DNA of 64,000 bases from Oikopleura dioica (taxonomy: Eukaryota > Animalia > Chordata): positions 930,001-994,000 of the forward strand of contig OU015568.1 of assembly GCA_907165135.1 (NCBI GenBank), in the 5' to 3' direction. The notes below the pieces were generated by a model. It was not told where the DNA came from and did no database searches. It was given only the letters and a program-made list of their open reading frames with translations. Position numbers and translations under genes: made by a program. Below, one piece after another: positions 13,396-25,886 of this stretch (its first letter is position 1; each line of letters starts with the position of its first letter).

Positions 13396-13827
13396 ACGAA
13401 AAAGAAACAGAGGAAAAAGAATACTTTTATGTTGAGAGAGCAGTGTGAAATTGCTAACTGAGGAAAACAGAAAAACAAAATCAAAATATGGCTGTTTTTA
13501 GTCGAGCGCCAAGGTGGCCCAAAACAGTGCTCGACTAAAATTTAAAAGTTTTGAACTGTTTGAAATCAGATTGTTCATTTAGGGAGGGTCGATGCAGTAA
13601 AATAAGAAATTGTTCAACGCCACCTTTTTGGGCCACCTTGGCGCTCGACTAAAAACAGCCATATTTTGATTTTGTTTTTCTGTTTTCCTCAGTTAGCAAT
13701 TTCACACTGCTCTCTCAACATAAAAGTATTCTTTTTCCTCTGTTTCTTTTTCGTTCATCTTAAGTTTAGTATCCTGATGAAGTTTATCCAATAAACGAAA
13801 ACGTTCGATACAAAATCATATGATCTA
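13323..13827. repeat. 202-bp inverted duplication (arms 13323-13524 and 13626-13827) with 101-bp spacer
   Basis: The arms read as exact reverse complements by eye. No TIR or target-duplication signature; the left arm includes the last TLC exon. Confidence 0.92.
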
Positions 13828-14206
13828 CTTTTCTTCCTGTTATTTTATATGATGAAGATGACGAGATCTGGCTTTTCTGGAAAATCGGGTCTTGTCTTGG
13901 CTGCTTGTTTCTGGATACTTTAAATATTATCTGGGCGAAAGGAATTATCAAAAAGGCTGTTAAAGCAATTAAAGAAAAACGACAGAAATTTGAATAAATC
14001 AACAAAAGTTAAATTTTGATTGCATAACTGGTATTCTACTGTACAATTTCCGCATAAAAATGGGCGTATCAATTTCAGTACCGCCTCAGAAACGCAAGCT
14101 TATCACTAATCCATCGGAAAATATTGACTCCATCTTGGCAAAACAAACAAGCAGCATTCTTTCGACTGAAAAATTTTATGATCCTGTCAGTTACAAATCT
14201 GACAGA

Positions 14207-15892
14207 ATGAGGTTATTTCTGTTTTTAACCACAGTTATTTTTGGCAATGAAATTTGCAAGAAAGAGATTATAAAGGGAGAGCACTGCGAGCAGGATTTTC
14301 GGAGTCTTGGGAAGTTTACCACTGCTTTTCCGTGGAGTTATCAGGCTGATAGTTCCACGAGGTAATTTATTTAGGATAGAAAAATGGTCGAATTTTATTC
14401 TAGAGAGCCTAAAGCACATCGATTTCCCTGTACTGTCGATTCTCCATCAGCACAAGATGTCAAAATGCACATATTCAACCAGCAGCTAAATCAAGTCTCC
14501 AATCACGTAAACTTCTCAATCAACGAAGACATCGTCTATTTAATGCCTTCTGACCATTGGCACCGAAACTCTTCTACGGTCATTCTCGTCCATGGCTGGA
14601 ATGCTCGGGTGATCGAAAAAGACGGACAGCTGAGCAATCAAGGAGAGTTATTTGTGAATGAAATGCTCAAGCAAAGTGGAGATGTAAACATTGTCCTGTT
14701 GGATTGGGTAAGTTCCGTCCTTGGAGAGCAGTCCGGAAGGACGGTTTTCTCAGATAGTAAACACATGAGTTTTTCAGAGCGCAAAGGCCAACGACCTCAA
14801 GTACTGGCTCCCTGCGACGAATACGCAAGTTGTTGGAGCGCTTCTTGGTAAGAAAGATGTTTTTGTTCAATTTTTATTATTTTCAGGCGAGTTTATAAAA
14901 ACCTGATTGATGCTGAAATGAACACTGTTTCCGACTTTCATCTTGCTGGCCACTCTCTTGGTGCTCATATTTGCGGGTACGCGGCGAAATGGCTGAACAC
15001 TAGAATTGCTGGAAAGCTCCCGAGAATTTCTGCTCTTGATCCAGCTGGTCCAATGTTTCAGTATCTTGATGACCCGGCACTTAATGTAAATTTGTTGAAG
15101 TTCTCAAATTTCATATTGAAAATTTTTCAAGGAAATTCGAGTCTGGAAGGAAGATGCGGAAATTGTCGAAGTCTTCCATTCAAATGCTGGAGATCTTGGG
15201 GTGGATGAAATTCTAGAGTTCGTCGAGCAGTGCGAAGATGAAGAAGAGGTGAGTTCATTCTAGAGAATCGGGTTGATTCTAGAGAACCAGTTGAAGGCAC
15301 GATCTTGTCTGTTGGAAAAAGTCTACGAGTCGACACCCACAGGAATTGGAGCGATGGTAAGCTTGGGCACACACGATTACTGGCCAGATGGGGGCAAAGC
15401 AAACCATTCTTATTGTGAACAACTTGCGACTGGAAAGCCAGAGAATCTCATTCAGTATTATGTTGACGTCGTAGGAATGGGTTTTCTCTTTTTCTTTCCG
15501 AAATGATGAATTTGTCGTTTATGATTTAGCAAAAGAACCCATCAAGGATGCTCTCATTCGTTCGCTTGGATGCATTGGATCGCTTCAATCAACAACAAAT
15601 GCTCGTTTGAAGCAACAACGAATCTTCAAAAATTCCTTAGTCGCGACTTCGAATTTGAAATAAACGTTGGTTTTTCCAGCGGTGTTCAGCCAAGAGCAGC
15701 TGATGCAGAATCCGTCAATTATTAGTAAGATTTTTGTCGAGAGTTCAGTTGATGATCGAGTTTTCTAGTTATGAAACACTTCCAGATTGGCCTTTTGGAG
15801 TTATTCCTCTTGACGATGACGATGAAGAAGACAGCAGTATAAAAGCTACAGTATCTGTTCTTGTTTTTATCTGCATTTCGCTTTTATACTAA
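14207..15892 (+). CDS. Pancreatic/lipoprotein lipase family enzyme with signal peptide and hydrophobic C-terminus
   Basis: Motifs VILVHGW, VNIVLLDW, HLAGHSLGAH (nucleophile elbow), RISALDPAGP, AEIVEVFHSN and DYWPDGG. Starts MRLFLFLTTVIFG and ends ...ATVSVLVFICISLLY*. Confidence 0.88.
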
Positions 15893-15903
15893 TTTTTTCA
15901 TCT

Positions 15904-16590
15904 TTATTCTGGAATATAAATTTCAGACAAGCAATAAGCACCACAGGTTAATGGGAAGGGATAGGAGTCAAAGTATCGGCTTTTGTAAACTCTGCCCTTT
16001 CTTGTTGCCTGTCCGATGGAAGCATCAGCCCCGTAGCTGATCAAATAGGTTGTTCGAGTATTGTTTGGACAGTGCCGCTCTTGAAAAGTGCCCATGCAAA
16101 CGGCGACGCAATCTTCAGGTTTACTGACTTCGTAACATGCATTTGCGCACAAATCACACTAGAACTGCTTACAGAATTGCATGTTTAAAGTAATTACATC
16201 AGTGTCGAAAATAGGGCCTACTCCAGCGTTAACTGTAGTTGCATCTTCAAGCGCACATGTGGCCATGAGATTGTACTGAGCATTGTATCCGCTGTTAATC
16301 ATATCGAATCCGGTGGTTCTGTTTGCTTTATCAGAGGCCAAACAGCTGAAATACGGTGATCCAGTTTCAGCAAGTATTCCATCTTTTATTATCTTTTTCA
16401 TTGGTTCAGATTGAGAGCTCTTAAAAAACAATAGAAAATATCATTCTATGACCAGTTCCTGCGCGCATCTATCCATCGACAAGTTGTTTCGTCCGCATTC
16501 TGCAAGCTTTATGTAGATGATCTCGTTGACTTGTTCATCGTTCGGGTAGGCTGAAGCTGTCTGAAGACAGAGAAATGCAAAAAGCTTCAT
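15904..16590 (-). CDS. Small secreted Cys-containing protein, unknown function
   Basis: ATG 16590 gives MKLFAFLCLQTASAYPNDEQVNEIIYIKLAECGRNNLSMDRCAQEL; it continues via ORFs 16159-16431 and 15904-16152. Confidence 0.65.
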
Positions 16591-17150
16591 GTTTCAATTT
16601 TTGAATGATCATGTGTCTTCTCTTTCAAAATTATTTTAGACAGCAGCTGCAAATTTTCTTCTTCTTTTTTAGTCGCATCTGTTAAGCTCTGAAAAAATTC
16701 TCACGAGAAGAGTTTTCTATAGTTTATAAAAAGCTCTCATTTATCGAAAATCCTCAAAGATAAATCCGTAGATATATCCTTTCTTCGCTCGAATTAAATT
16801 CGTTAGCATGATCTGTCGATATTTACTTCAATTGCTCGATTTGAGGAGAATATAAAAAAAAGGAAAAACGGGATGAGAAAGTAAAAAGGCGGCGCTGGGA
16901 GCTGGCGTATTATTTTCGCGTCTCTGAAGAAGAATTCGTTTCTTTCATTTTATTTCGGTCTGAAAAAGAGAAGTAACAGAAGGAGCACGCGCTGACGAAA
17001 CCGCTCATGACGCCTTGCTAAATTGGCCTAGGAGAAGAAAAAATATTGAGAAATTTAATCAAAGAGAAGAAATTTTCAAAACAGGTTTGACGAACTTAAA
17101 AATAAAATAAAAAAGCTTTATCCGTCGCTTCAATTTTTAAAATAAGACAA

Positions 17151-17298
17151 ATGTCAGAAATGTCAGTTTTGTCAACAAATTTTAAAGAAAAATCTGAGAA
17201 ATTTCTCAAAATATTGGATTTGAGCAAGACTTTCATGAATTTTTTTAAATGAAAGATATTTGACAGATTTGTTGACAAAAGTGACATTTGTGACATTC
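17151..17298. repeat. Small hairpin/MITE-like element with 30-bp inverted ends
   Basis: ATGTCAGAAATGTCAGTTTTGTCAACAAAT (17151-17180) versus the reverse complement of 17269-17298: 28/30 match. Confidence 0.65.
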
Positions 17299-18699
17299 GA
17301 TCAATATTCCAAGCAAGAAGATATCGCCCGATAATTTATCGGCGATAAAGCTTTCTTCTTTTCGAGCAAGAAATATTTTTGGAGTCGAAAATCATCATTA
17401 TTAGCTGCTTGGGGAAATGGAATCAACGAGTGACGAAGAAGAAGAATGCCTCATTCAAACGCCGATGAATTCCTTGCATTTTCAAAGGTGACCTCAATTT
17501 CTAATTAACGCGCTTCTTTACCCACTGATTAAAACTTGGCAATGTCCGATTATACTGTTTTCTAACAACAGTCAAAAAGAAGCGTTTTTCCTATAAGAGA
17601 AGCTGAAAAATGCGAAAATATTGAGAAAAATTGGAGAAATTAATCTGAAAAGAAATCCCGTCATTCGGGCCTTATTGACCCAAAAACATCTGCTCTTGAA
17701 ATTCCGCTGATCTCGTCGGATCAAGAGTGTCTAGCAGAAGGTCTAAGAAAACTCGTGACATATCGAAGCGCCGGAAAAATGAAGATTTCTGCGTATTTAC
17801 GAGAGCTATTTAGCTCGTGTTGCGCGACAAAACAGTACAAAAGAAGAAACTCGCTTCAGGGAATTTTTGAAATGATGGGGAAGAAAAACTCTGTCGCCAA
17901 AATCAGGTTTTTGATTTCAATTAATTTGATTTTCAATAATATTGAAAATAGCCCTTTGAGAGGAAGAATGTCTCGAAGGAGCTCAGAAGTTATTATCTCC
18001 GCCAAAAAGGAAACCGTCTATTATTTTAATGCGCATAGGTTAAACGGTAAATTCATACGGGAGAATCTAAAAGATGATCAATGATCATCCAATTCCAATT
18101 TGAAAAACGGTGATAAAAGGGATGGGGAATCGTCAAGGACAAAATGTTGACTCCAGGAATGGATAGAAAATGGAATCAAGAATCCAGATCTTTGACAAAG
18201 AAGAAGGATTTTTGTCCAAAGATTATCAATCAAACCCCGGATTAGGGCCCAAGATTGTCAATTTCTTACCAAAATAGATGCGATCTGATTGGCCAGACGC
18301 AAAAACGATCACGTGATAAGAAAAACGGCCTTCTTTGGCCTCTTTTTCAAAGTTTTATTGGCAGTTTTTGACACTTGTATCGGGTTTATATCAATGTCTA
18401 GTTGACACTCTTGAAGGGGCCCTAAGTGCGGTGGTTAGAATAGTCTTCCTTGATCTCACCTATCTTTCTATCCATTTCTACAGCTGCACTTGGACAGATG
18501 AATCAACACGCCGGCGCAAATTATTCACGAAGCCGTTTTTTGAACACGGTGAATTTGGTGACTGAGCGTAACAATTCAGGCATTACAGGTTTCATTACAG
18601 ATATATTCATTTTACTGTCATTTTTTAATTATTAATTCATCGACGTGCGCGTCTCAAAATCATCTAGTCAGTTTACATGTCCGCCGTACTAAAATGTAT

Positions 18700-20000
18700 A
18701 AAACCAAGGAGAAGATAGGCAGGTCATCACGGAGACGCAAGTCAAGGTCGTTGATTTGACCAAATTGGATGAGGCTGAAAGAAAGGGTGGAAAACAGCTA
18801 ATGAGAATGCTGGCGATAGGAAAGTGCTCAAAACGAAAAACCATAATGTTGAAAAAAAATTTGATAATTTATATTCAAATGATTTGTTACCCATGATTTA
18901 TTTTAAACAACTATAAAAACATCCGGAATGTTATCCGCGGTATTTTCATTTATCAAAGTCGAGATAGAGCATTTCCGCAGGCTGTGAAAATCACAACCTA
19001 AAATTAACCACTGAAGGCCTCAAAACCGACAACCAAAAGTCCAAAACCCTCCTCAATTCCTCCACAACCATCAACTGGGCGGACGTTGTCGGCCTCGAAA
19101 TAAAATTCGCCGTCTACGAAAAATTCGAAAAGACGTACCTCTGCCTCTCGATCTTTGGAGCCGCGCTGGGGATTCTGACAGTGAATTGCTCGCTGGTTCA
19201 GTTTTTGGACTCGGCGAATTTTTTCAGCCGGCTGAACTCGTTCCAGATTGAGACGGAGGAAATGATCACGGCGGGAGAATTGCTGAATGAGACGAAATCC
19301 CTGCTTGATTATATTAAATTAACGACGCCTTTGAATCAACGCACTGCCGAAATTACTCTTAGGCAAATTGGGTCAGACTTATCTCGAAGAATTTTTGATA
19401 TAAAATCGAATTGGGTAATAATATCATTGCTTTCTTTAACGATCTATTTTACTCAAGACAGCTTTAAATTTAAAATGACCCTCAAAAGCCAAATCTCAAA
19501 AACACTCGCTCCTGCTCTTCCAAAAATCGACCCCAGAACTCTTCTCGATCTTTTGGACCCTCTTTTCGATCTGACATTGCCAACACCCATTTTTCTGCAA
19601 TTCCTCGCCCAGAACATCGAAGACCTTCCTCCCAACAAAACGCTTTACAAAAACATCCTCATCGCGGGAATCAAGAAAACTGGCGGGCTCGACGAAGGAA
19701 CGGAATCAAACGAGTTTTTCCGCTGTTTTTTGAAGATGAAGGTCAAGAGCCCAGTTGGCTTGCCCGACATTGAAGAACTCTTTGAAGGTATTTTCAATAA
19801 TAATCAACTAGTCGATAAACTAATTGATTAAATTCAGAGGTGCATGGTCCGGCATACAACTCGCCGCAGAAACGCTCGATATTCAACTTGACAGCGTTTC
19901 TAACCCGGCGAATCGACCTTTCATATGGACTTTACGACTCGGCGCTAATAAGCCAATATTTAGATATGCTTAGACTCGCGGCTAAATACAGGAATTGTTC
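18700..20000 (+). CDS. Multi-exon gene of unknown function (approximate limits)
   Basis: Long ORF 19181-19831 plus upstream open exon segments with coding-like GC content. No family recognised. Confidence 0.5.
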
Positions 20001-20050
20001 AATAAAACGAGCATTTCGATTCATTATGGTTTGGAAATGCGACATGGCAA

Positions 20051-20215
20051 ATGTCTAGTAGACATTTTCATAGACATATTGTCTCTCAGACACTATTAAA
20101 ACTTTTCAAAATGTTCAAACTCAATTAACTGTAATTTTTTTCGGAAATAACAATCAAAATCGTTAAATATTAATAGATTGTCTTAATAGATTGCGAGACT
20201 GTCTACTAGACATCA
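20051..20215. repeat. Short element with 14-bp perfect inverted ends
   Basis: ATGTCTAGTAGACA ... TGTCTACTAGACAT. No clear target duplication. Confidence 0.5.
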
Positions 20216-20232
20216 TGAAATGCTGTTAAATG

Positions 20233-20389
20233 AGGTGGTGTCTGGAACCGACAACTAAAGTTCGAAAATTTTCCGTAGGCGGCTTCTCGGCTGCTGATTG
20301 GCCGGTTCGCCGAATTTAGGCTTCTGATTGGCTGAAAATTTTCACTCATAATTTGTCGACATTTTTTTGTCGTTTCCGGACACCACCCT
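20233..20389. mobile_element. ~160-bp MITE carrying two CCAAT boxes; related copy at ~44200-44337
   Basis: TIR AGGTGGTGTCTGGAACCGACAA / TTGTCGTTTCCGGACACCACCC. Two internal CTGATTGG. The reverse complement of 44200-44337 aligns along its length. Confidence 0.7.
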
Positions 20390-20545
20390 TTTTATAAATG
20401 AGGAAAAACTGTTTTTGCCCTCTATTGAACAGTAATTAAAGTGATTGGCGCGTGACAGTAGCAGGGGTAGTAGGAAAAACCGCTTTTCCGGATCACGTGA
20501 CGAATAATCCAGCTTTCTTTACTTTGCTTGCCGCTCTTGTAGATG

Positions 20546-21733
20546 ATGACAGGGCCGATGTTCTTATGGCTATATGCTCGTCCACTTATTTCGAGGTGAG
20601 ATTTGAACGAATTATAAAACGACTTACTAACGAATTCTAAAAGGTTATCAACAATTCTTCAAAAAAGCTTTTTGTGACGACGGCAATCAAGTTTTTTCTA
20701 TCGAAAGCTGACAACCGATCATTTCTCAGGTACGTTTCTTAAATATTTGATTCTCGACAATTTTTTGAAGAAAATGTCTCCGACGACATCTGGATCTCTT
20801 GACAAATGAGTATTTGGCGAATCGAACTGATGATTTTGCAGCAATGATGCGAAAAATCTTCATAATCGGGTTAAAAAGCGAAGTGCACAAAAATCGTGTT
20901 CATGAAATGCTCCTGCTTTTTCCGAAAAATGACCCGGTCAAGGTACTCTTTTGGAAGTTTTCAGAAGAAAACGAGTTAAGATGGATATTGAAAACTGGCT
21001 GGAGAAGTCGAAAAAGCAAAGTGTCTCGAAACTTGTTCTGCCAAATATGTCAACAGATGCTTGTTTGGACTCGGTGATGCTGAACTTGGATGGATTCAGG
21101 GATGTGAAAGAATTTCAAGCGCCATTTTCTAACTGTAAGTTTTCTCTCAATCCTAGCCGTAGCTGTATTTTCTCAAGTGACAAGTAACTCAACGAGTCAC
21201 CTAATACTACTGCCAAATCTTCAAATTGTGAATCTCGCCCATACAAAAATTTGCGACGAAGGCCTGACCCAACTTTCTGAACTCTGTGATCTCCAAGAAT
21301 TAGATCTCTCGGAAACAAAAGTGACCGACTTTGGCGTCAAGCATCTTTTATCAATGAGCTCGCTGACGAGATTGAGCTTGACGAGCACGAAAGTTAGGAA
21401 CGGACAGAAAAAAAAAACAGAAAAATTAATTAAAATAGGGGATCAAATATTTGTCCAATTATAAGCTCTTCGATGAGAGATAAATTAAAGACAATGCCAA
21501 AGCTGAAATTTCTCCAAGATGATTATACTTATGGATAGAAGCTTCTTTCTTCATAGGTTCTTTTTTCTGTTTATCTTCAATAAAATATTCTGACAAAAAC
21601 AGCTCGCAAGTCTGATTTGATCATATTTTTATTTGAATATTGAATATACAGGGAAGAGATATTTTCAGTCCGTTTATGATTTCGGATCAATTACGATTTC
21701 TCCTTGAAAGTTGTTCGTTGGTGTTCCATCCTT
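20546..21733 (+). CDS. Leucine-rich repeat protein (approximate limits)
   Basis: LRR units LPNLQIVNLAHTKICDEGLTQLSELCDLQELDLSETKVTDFGVKHLLSMSSLTRLSLTSTKV. Confidence 0.75.
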
Positions 21734-21766
21734 AAAATTCGCTTAAGAAAATGAACGATGCATTAT

Positions 21767-23550
21767 TCATACCAGATGAGTTTCTCGTTTTAGGTCCAAA
21801 TTTGGTATTTTTTGTGGTTCCAAGATGCTTTTATTTTCTTTGGGTGGAATTGGTGGGGGCTTGTCGGGATCGGCTTCGTCGATTTCTGGCGCGGGCATGA
21901 GACTTGGGATGAGAGCACTACCAGTTCGCTTTTCAAAAAGTAAATCGTCATTCTTTTGTGAGAGGGAATTAAGGGCGTCGTTGTAGTTTTGAATTTCTGA
22001 AGGTTTTTTGACCTCGGGATCGTGTGGGACGACTTGGTTCATTTCTCGGATCTCGTCATATCTAGATTGGGATGAAGGGGGTTCTAGAGAAGGAAACAAA
22101 CGTAATCGGCGTAGCTGGAGTTGCATTAGTCGCTTCTGGTCGAGATCGTTGAGGCCTTGGGGGAGTTCTAGCGCCGTTGAATTGAGAAACGATTCCAGCA
22201 CTCCAATAAGCTCCTCGATGATCCGAGCTCGGGGCTGATTCTTCCCGCATTGTCGGCAATCTGTGATCTGTTATTGTCGATGCCTAAAAGAAGATAAAGA
22301 AAGAATATATCAGGGAGGACTTACAGTGATAGTTTCTTGGTAGCCATTTTCAGGAAATGTGTTGGACATTTCGTTTTCTGTCTGAAAATGGTCCAGTTGA
22401 TCGGGATATGGAAGGGCGTTGACGGTTTTTTCGGAAGTGCTAGATTTTTGAGATGAGTAAGAGAAAGGGGAGGGCTTTTGTACCTGGCAAAAGGCATGGA
22501 ATTGTCAGGACTTTGGAAGCTCTGGTCGTTGATTTCTTGAGCTTCTGGATCCCACATTGACACTCCTAAAGATTTCTTGAAGAAAAAGAACAAAGAATAA
22601 AAAATCGGCTATCAGTCTAGGAGACATTTTGTCTCGTAGACAAATGTTAAATCTACCCAAGTATGAATATTTTTTAATAAAAAATTCTAGCACCAACAAC
22701 TTTGGAAAATCCAAATTCATTTCAATTAACCTGAGTCGCGTATGAGTTCAAATCGCGCCTTTCCATTTCCATGACGGAAGTGGTGATACGAACCCTGTTT
22801 TTTATCAGGTTCAGTCTTCTCCTTCGCTTGTTTCTTGCTTGTCTTTGGCGGCAGTGCTGGGGGCTTCTCGGGAGTGGGAGATGATTCGGGAGATTTTTGC
22901 TTCTCTGAAGATTTTTCTTTTCCTTCAGCAGCTGGACGAGAACGAGCGCGGACTTTTTTCCCGGACTTTCGGGTTGATCTTCTGCCTCTTCTGTGATGCC
23001 TGTAAGACTCTTCAGAACTAGAACTGTCGGAATCAGGTCGATATCTTCTCGAAGCCCGATTGTCTTCATCAGCACCATCTCGTTCCATTTCCGCCTCATA
23101 CTCCAAGATCTTCCTCGTTATCTGCTCCCTTTTATATTTCCGGTAAAGCCTTAAAAGTAAGTTTAAGCTTTCCAGAAAAGGGATAAGAATAGGATGCGCG
23201 CGGTCAGCACCTTTTCGCGACACATAACGGCGGTTTCACGCTTTTGCTTTTATGTGGCGATGAGTTAAATTCATCTTTTGCCAAAAAATTGGCTTTTTTT
23301 ATTTCGAGGAAGTCGCATTTTTCGACTAAAACGTACCTGTCGCAGTAAACTTGGAGAAGAATGCCGGGAACGATTATGAAGACAAGGAAGATTCCGAATC
23401 CGATGAGGAAATATCCCCAATTCTCCACAAAGAAATATTCGAGATGAATAAAAAGTCGACGAAAGTAATAGTGGAGTGTCGCGGGAATCGGCGCCAGCCC
23501 AGGTGGAGGTGGAGGAACCGTCGGAAAGAGAGTCTCTTCCGGACCCGCAT
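21767..23550 (-). CDS. Single-pass membrane protein with a long Pro/Ser/Lys-rich cytoplasmic region
   Basis: ATG 23550 gives MRVRKRLFPTVPPPPPG; TM segment WGYFLIGFGIFLVFIIVPGILLQVYC. Low-complexity exons 22726-23223 and 21767-22201 contain PPALPPK and PPPIPPK motifs. Confidence 0.6.
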
Positions 23551-24328
23551 AGTATGTCTCTAGATTACACCACGTAAGGGAGAATCCCGAAAAGACGAAA
23601 AATATTGGCTTTCAAATTTTAAGACTTTTGGACGGAGGAAAAGGTGACCGTCAATATTGTTTGGGAGAAGAATTTGGCAAGCTGCCATGTGATACAAAAA
23701 TCTAAGGGCTTTGCCCGCGGCCAATTCAAGATTTTTTATTCAGGGTTTTTAAGTCTGCGTGATGACGGACCCTTAATTTAGAGGTCGAAGTATGTCAACC
23801 TTTTATTTATTTCAAGACGATCTTATTTCAAGATATGGCTTACGTTCTAGCTCAGTTTCATTAATATAATCCTCTTCTTCAAAATCCACATCTTCTAAGA
23901 CAGTCTCTAAGTCCATGATTTCTCTAAAATTCAATTTAGAAATATTCTCAAGACAAAAGTTACATAAGAGACATTTTCGTTTAGCGACTAAGGACGTGGC
24001 TGAGGTTGCGCTTGCAAGAACCTTCTCAGCGCGGTGGTGGTGGAGGAGCGTGCACCAATCAGTGAGTTGGAATACAGTGGCGGGAGGTTCCTTGCATTTT
24101 CAATTTCAGATTTTAGATTTTTATTCCGAAAGAACATTTTAGCGAAAATGAAGGAAATCATCATAATTCTGAATTTCGCGAGTTTTCTGTTCATGAATTC
24201 ATTTTCAAAACCAGCAATCAAAAAACGTCATAAAATAATTAACACTCTTCTTCCTACGCTCTCTCACCCCAAAAACCGTAAAGAAAAAATTTAATTTCTT
24301 GTGTTATTTTTATTTAAAGAAAAAATGA

Positions 24329-25746
24329 ATGGAAAAGAGGATCAAAAACTTCATTCTTATTGAGAATAATTATCGGGACACTCATTATTTCTGTAAGTAA
24401 AACCCGTTCAGATATCCGTTGAAAACAGAAGATGTTAATTTTTCATTTAGCTTATTGGCGCTTATACTTTTCTTTACAAAGAAGCAAACGAATTTATCTC
24501 AAATTCTTTTCCATTCAATTTTCAAAAGGCAATATCTTCTGAAATAAAAGAAGAAGAGGTCTCTTGGAAACTCACACCCGGTCATTTTATCCTTCATTGT
24601 GCAGCTGATGACTGCAAAAAGCACAACTCACTGGACAAAGCAAAAGAACAGTGTTTACAAGATGATTCCTGTTACGGCGTTGTGGGGGATGGGAAATCCT
24701 ACGAACTTAGAATGGGCCCGGAGATCGTGAAAAGCCCGATTAACGAAACCGCATGGGTTTTGAAAATGCAGAGCTGTACCGGAGAAGAGCCCGGTATTTT
24801 TCTCAATCTAACGCTCCTTGAAGAAAATTATTCGATCCTGAAAGGAAGGGCGCGAAAAAGAGCAAATAATCAAAATTGCAATTATCCCGGATTTCCGAAT
24901 GTGAATCGAATCATCAGATTCAATAAAAATCACAAGCCAGTGATAATTCATCAGCCAGAAAAATGCAATTTTGATTCGAAGTTATTGTCGCTTATTTTTG
25001 GAATAAAAACGATGCCAAGAGCGACTTTGGCTCGAGATACTCTGAGAAGAACATGGCTTCAGAAGGATATTTGGAATTGGCTTGGGGTCGAAATCAAGGT
25101 GGTTTTCATCATTGGAAATGACGAGGACCTCAAAGAAGAAGCTGAAAACAACAAGGACATGCTCGTCCTCGACTTTCCGGAAAACCACGACAATCTGCCC
25201 TACAAAGATATCGGCTTCTTGAACTTCGTTAAATCCTCCTGTTCTTCTGTTGAGTACGTCTTCAAGGGCGATGATGATGTCCTTCTTGTCCCTCAAAATC
25301 TCATAACCGAAATTGAGTCTCTGAAAAAATCCGAATTCGAAGCAACTGGATGCCTGAAAAATGCCAACACGAGGCCAATAAGGACGTACAAGAGCAAATA
25401 TTTCGTTCCGACGCAAGTTTATCCCGCAAATGGCTACCCTCCTTATTTTTCCGGCTTTGCCTATCTTACGACAGGATCGTTTTCCGTTAAAATGGCCGAG
25501 GCGATACCCACTGTTCACGTGTTTCCCTTGGACGATGTTTATGTTGGCTCCCTGATTGTGGCTTCAAACCAGACGAGTAAACTGACAAGATCAGACAGCA
25601 TCTGCCGCGGGGTCTGGGCAAGAAGAGCAATTAACAATGACGATTTATGTTCATTGATTAGTTTTACTGTTTCTCACAAAATCACGAATTATCAAAAGAT
25701 GGAACAAACTTTCAATGATCTTATTTCCAATAAACTTGATTGTTGA
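24329..25746 (+). CDS. GT31 beta-1,3-glycosyltransferase (B3GALT/B3GNT-like), paralog A (start codon uncertain)
   Basis: Motifs IKTMPRATLARDTLRRTW, VKVVFIIG, FKGDDDVLL (DxD), YPPYFSGFAYL and LDDVYVG. One intron at ~24393-24450 after the N-terminal anchor exon. Confidence 0.88.
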
Positions 25747-25886
25747 AACTCGCCTTAATATTTTCCATTGTTGTTCAATGTTATTGCCTAACTCAAAGAG
25801 AATCAACAATAAAATTATTGTTAACGACTTATGACGCAATAATAATTAGACTTTTTTATTTTTTCTAAACAACAACAGTTTTCTCA

